Assembly: GCF_964194155.1 (NCBI RefSeq)
Contig: NC_135895.1
Coordinates: 84,568,001-84,632,000, forward strand
Origin: Cetorhinus maximus
Taxonomy: Eukaryota
Direction of reading: 5' to 3'
DNA length: 64,000 bases
The notes beneath the pieces are model-generated. The model had not been told where the DNA came from. It searched no databases and saw only the letters and a program-made list of their open reading frames with translations. Below are positions 59,337 to 64,000 of this stretch, one piece after another (positions within the stretch are counted from its first letter, which is position 1; each line of letters begins with the position of its first letter). Made by a program: the position numbers and the translations under genes.

Positions 59337-61349
59337 CTGTAGACTCTGTCATTCCAGTATTATGGCTTCATACCTGTGTCCACTTTGCATTAGGGCTTCC
59401 ATGCTGTAACCTTTGGGTTTGTGCAAGAGGTCTTTTTTGAAATGCTTAAATGGGGGTAAATGCTATCACGAGCTCAATTATTCTTCCAGCCACCTCTGCT
59501 GTCTTAAAGTCACAATCACCCCTTTTGCCTCTGCATCTGCTTATGAATTGACCCAGGGTCTCCAGTTGTTGTATTCTAAAAGACCTGAATTCCAGGTGGT
59601 GTATTCTGAAGTTGAGCTTCACTCACAATTGACCTTCGAGTGCTGACCATATGTACAGCCTGTGGAGGCCTTCATTGCCGACAGCCATTTTAATGTTTAT
59701 GGCTTGTTTATATGGTATGGGAATACCAAGGTTCTGAAAACAGAATTCTAGGTGATGTCAGAACAGAGTGTACTCAGAGAGGACGTCCTGCTGCCTTCTA
59801 GTTGAGTGTTAGAAATGTTATGGTCATCCTGTGGCTTTTGTGTAGTATTAATCTGAATACTTGTAAGAGGAAGAAATCTTCAGGACTTTGGTTCTGTGGC
59901 TCCCTGACTTGCAGTACCTTCCCTGGCCACAGTGTTAACTGGCCACAGCTTGTTGCTTGACTGCAATGGTGGCGCTGTTGCTGTCTTCCCCGCTTGCTGG
60001 AAGCTCCACCTATGAAGCTGTGATTTTGGCATTAAAATGGACTGCAAGGCTAAAAAAGCATTAAAAAAGACTTTTTACAGCCATCTTCAAGCTGTTTTGG
60101 ATCTTTCGGGAGCTATCACTGGATGGACTCTTATTTCTTGGCCCAGTGCCGAGTGTTTAATCACCTCTTCCCCCCACCTCCTGAAGAGATGATCTGCAGC
60201 AATAATGGACTCTCTTGCCTGTGGAGTTCTGCTGATGCTGGACGCCTGGAGTCAGCGATTTAATGGCTGCTCCTGCACAAACTTCACAGTAGGTAGGCTC
60301 ACATTATTCAAGCCCGCCCCATTTACAGCAATCTTACTGGGACCCAATGCCTGCTGGATGGAGCAAGGTACAATGTCCCAGAACAAACGTGTGTTGTGTA
60401 GGATTCCTAGAGTGGTGCAGAGTCACTTACACACTGTGAGTACATGATAGCTCTTTCATTTCCCACCAGCCCTTCTTCCTGTGAAAGAGTTGAGGCTTAC
60501 ATATCTCTCCATCGAATCTTCAAAACTCACTGGCTACCAGCCCTGCCAGCATGTTGCATTTTTCTATTTAGCACAAACATACCAATAAAACCCAAGGATT
60601 GGCAAAACTATAAAGTGGGTTCTTTATTTGAAGGCAGAACTATATACAGCGAATGTTCACTGGGAAGCTATGTCAATGATTCTGACCTGTAGGAGTGTCA
60701 CTGTATTCCATCTGCAGAGTCATGCAATTATACATCACACCCTGTCTCATAGTGGATAGTGGTAGACTACTGTTTAAGATATGTCCCCTTAAAGGTACAT
60801 GCACCATCACCTCACAACACAAAGAATTTCTGAAATTATGCAATAACTACCATAAGCATGCACGGTCCATGTCCTGAAATGTACTCTAGGGGCCCCAGTA
60901 GAAAATCAAAACCTATTATTTCAGATTTAGCATTTAAGTGCTCATTAAATTCTGCCATTAATGCAAAGGCTTAGCTCATGTCCAGAGGGGCACCAGGTCC
61001 AGAACTGCAGTGATGAACTTAGGGGAACTCTTGATCAGACAAGTAGTGCACTAATGGTGAAACACTAGGTTGGAGCCAATTCTCAGTAAAGGCGGAATCG
61101 CAGGCTAGACAATTAAAAGTGAAAGCTCTATCAATAAACAGTCGGATTCATTCAAAGGGCTTTGTCTCTGAATCTTGTTTTCACTGTTGTAGCCAGTAAT
61201 TCTAGAAAAATTCTAGAAAAATTCTAGAAAATGCCAGTAATTCTAGAAAGTGTCAGTTTTCCCATCCGGAGATGGCCATGTTTCAGCCCTGCTTCATTGA
61301 AACTGGGGTACAGCCTTAGGTACTTACCACAAATCCACTGTGTCAATCT

Positions 61350-61465
61350 GGCCAGGATGTTCCAGTCCTGCCCGTGGTGGGAACTGCCGTGGGTGGCACT
61401 GGAAAATTTGGAGGTCAGCCAAAAGTCAGTTGACTTTGGGCTGGCGGGACCGGAAAATTCCGCCC
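61350..61465. mobile_element. 116-bp Harbinger-type MITE
   Basis: TIRs ggccaggatgttccagtcctgcc / ggcgggaccggaaaattccgccc and a 3-bp TSD TCT. Confidence 0.7.
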
Positions 61466-62132
61466 TCTGTGTCTCACGAGGGTGGGAGTCCAGAGTGGGG
61501 ATTGGGAAAAGGAAGGTCAACAAGACAACAAAATGATCTCTTCAGCCCAGGGAAATCCCTTTTCCGTTGTGTCAGCTAATGCTGAGGAGGGTGGTGTGGA
61601 GACAAGAGAGACCCTCAACGGGGTAAGGACGGTGCAATGTGCAACGACAGCGAGGGGGATGTGAAATTCTGTTGATCACAGAAAGGTTCGCCATTTGTTG
61701 CACGTCCAGTCAGCTAGTTAAGCCCATGCCAAAATGAAAACATCAGTAAAATGAGAATTAATTCACACAAGATGCAACGTTTCTGCCGTTGGTTCTACCA
61801 GAATGGTTTTTTGCTCAGTGCTGTATCTCGGATTTCATCCCAGATAATTGATTGGAGTTTGGGATGTTTATTATTGCTTTTGAATTTTGGGGTTCCCTAA
61901 TTCTTTGCAGGGCGTATGTCAGTGACCAGCCTTCTCGCATATTCCTAGAAATAACCTTGTTATTTTGTTGCATAATGGATCGTGCAGCAGCTGCCGTGAA
62001 ATCAGATGAGGTTTGCTTTGGCTGCCTTCCAGAAATGTTTGTTTGAATTATTCCTTCCACTCAGCCCTCTCCCCTGAGTACCACCTGTACAATGTAGATG
62101 AGCATGTGGCCTCAGCTCTTGGCCGACACTAT

Positions 62133-64000
62133 TGCTGGAATTTTCTGGCAGCCATTGGTGCCGGGTATCTTGGCCGGCGGGGGGGGGGGCGACAATATGA
62201 CAAGAAGGCCAAAAATCGGTTTCACGCCAGCCTGAAAGCACAGTGGGATGATCGGATGGTGTCTACCGTGACAGGCCGTGAATCCAGCTGGAGGCCGGCG
62301 TGTACCTGGTTTGCATCCCGTAATGGTGGCGGGAAAACACGCCGGCCCAGAGCACGCCTGGACAAGTGTGACGTGCGGAAGTTGGAACTTACCATTAGGG
62401 CCTTGCTCAGACCGCGGGCATCCGAGGAGCAGGAGATGCTGGAGCCCTAAAGCTACCAGACCCTGGATGAACATGTGCCTCGCATGGTGGGTGGATTCTC
62501 ATGGTCATGGTTCTGTCACGTAGGAAAGTGGGAGGTCTCTGTTTATATCTCTGGCCCGAAACATCACGGCCTTGGCCATGGGCTGCTTCAGATGATTGGC
62601 GAAGGCAGGGGGGAGAGGAAGGTGTACTGGGGGAGGCGGTGTGGTGGGAGGGGAAGGTGTAGGTTTGAATGGGAGAGGAAGGTGTACTGGGGGGGCGTGG
62701 GGGCTGAGGTTGGGAGGGGGGGAGAGGGACTACGGTAGGAGGAGGGTGTAACGGGGGAGAATGTGGCAATTGGGGAGGTGGGGATAAGGGCGGGGGGAAT
62801 TGTGTAAGGGAAGGAGTTCAGAGGAGGGAAGGTCTCTGGGGGGAGGAGGGACTAAGGATGGAGGAGGAACTAAGGGTGGAGGAGGGAGTAAGGATGGATG
62901 AGGGATTAAGGGGGGGGGTGACATCCAGGTGAACATGCAAGGGAGTGGTCTGTGGAGTCAATGACTGCCTCATGGGGAGTGAACTGAGGGTGGGTGTGGT
63001 AGGATGGAATGGTGAGAATGAGAGGGGGCAGAGGGAGCCAGAAGAGTAGGAGGGTGAGAGTGTGTCAGTAACGGTAGAAGGGGTGGCGAGGGTGGTTGGT
63101 GGGGACTCGGAGGCAGACACAGACCCTAGGGGTGGGAAGGAGGAGGTTGGGATGGGGTGGGATTCTCAGGAAGGTTAGGGACATGCTATTCACTGGGACA
63201 TCCTCGAAAGAAAAGAGTTGTGGCTGGTAGGTCACAGAGGTGAGGTGGAAAGTGATGCCGGTGGGCGGGGTGGGTTAACAGTGATGGGGGAAAGGACATG
63301 GGTGACTGGCGGAGGGGAAAGGATGGGAGATCGAAAGTGAGCGGATCCTGGTTTTGGACGGGCACAGGTGCTGCATGGGAGTGTGATCAGTGGGTGGGCG
63401 GCGATGCAGGTCAGCTCAGATGGGCAACTGAGAGCAAACCCCAGCAGGCAGCAGTGAAAATGCTCAGGACAGTGAGATGAATGTGATGGATCAAGGCTCT
63501 GCGTGATTGGGAGAGTGCTTGCACGAGGCTCCGAAAGGCCCCGACACACACACACTTCTCCCTCCAGAATCACTCATGGTCTGGCTGCACGCAACTGAGC
63601 TGCTAGTGGGGGGGAGGGGGGTGGGGTGGGGTGGGGGGAGGGACTCACAAGCCTGTCAATGAAGCTGAAAGACAACATTACACATTATCCAGTGAAAGTG
63701 AATATATTTTCAGATTATAAAGTGATAAAATGTGTTCACCTGCTTGTGATCAGGATTTCTTAACTTTTCTAGGGCTACCACTTCTTCTAGGTGCTGCCCT
63801 GACATCCGCAGCAGGAGTGGAAACAGCCTGTGCAATGGTTGGCCCTGTTGCCTCTGATGACTTTGATGTGCGCCCTCTGGAGAGCCAAGGCCTTGAGGGC
63901 CCTGGCTTGCAATGACTGCCCTGTGGGCCAGCTGCTCCCTCTGCAGCGACAGAGGATGAGGTTAAGGGGTTCACAGGCAAATGGGATTCGGAGGGAGAGG
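62133..64000. mobile_element. Harbinger-type element running off the window, with the 3' end of a Myb-gene-like ORF on the minus strand
   Basis: Left TIR-like gctggaattttc and a G/purine-rich interior. The minus ORF ends AAPRRSGSPRKVKKS* (63750), like the basic C-terminus at 31328. Confidence 0.55.

Larger units (their letters stand above)
55698..60819 (-). mobile_element. Old two-LTR Gypsy-like element with degraded interior, hosting CR1 and hAT insertions
   Basis: Related LTRs at 55698-55954 and 60552-60819 (shared taaagtgggttctttat, gaatgttcactggga, ctgacctgtagga, tctcatagtgga, gtttaagatatg). Polypurine tract at 55955 (tccctttt). TSD CATAG/CAAAG. Protease-like remnant KLDLNAGANILP at ~56960. 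Confidence 0.75.

Noticed and set aside
62407-63120. Proline-rich minus-strand ORFs as extensin-like proteins
   Set aside because: A by-product of the G-rich low-complexity tract.
44698-64000. Further PAPPA2 exons (end of CCP3, CCP4)
   Set aside because: No segment resembling the expected QC..GG.W..GSC..V.C peptide with splice sites was found. It probably lies beyond the window, though a small exon could have been missed.

Overview
Eukaryotic, repeat-dense genomic DNA whose repeat families suggest a cartilaginous fish (shark-like). Four small + strand coding exons (9023-9236, 10071-10236, 18525-18702, 44484-44697) have canonical AG/GT sites and compatible phases, and splice into the sushi/CCP region of pappalysin-2 (PAPPA2). 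The rest is intron filled with decayed and often nested mobile elements: CR1 LINEs (one near full length), a second CR1/L2-group LINE family, a Vingi/Ingi-like LINE, Penelope-like elements with minimal hammerhead ribozyme motifs, Gypsy LTR elements and solo LTRs, Harbinger-type Myb/SANT elements and MITEs, a hAT MITE, SINEs and a 37-bp minisatellite. The most unusual observations are: (1) a Gypsy element whose RT/RNase H region is replaced by ~550 bp encoding a host-like (UACA/RAI14-family-like) coiled coil; (2) an ORF1-less LINE inserted as one unit with a tRNA-derived Pol III head; (3) an inverted CR1 5' end that captured neighbouring DNA; (4) several Harbinger derivatives that keep a spliced Myb gene without a visible transposase. 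Family assignments come from remembered motifs, not database searches, and repeat boundaries are approximate unless a target-site duplication (TSD) is given.
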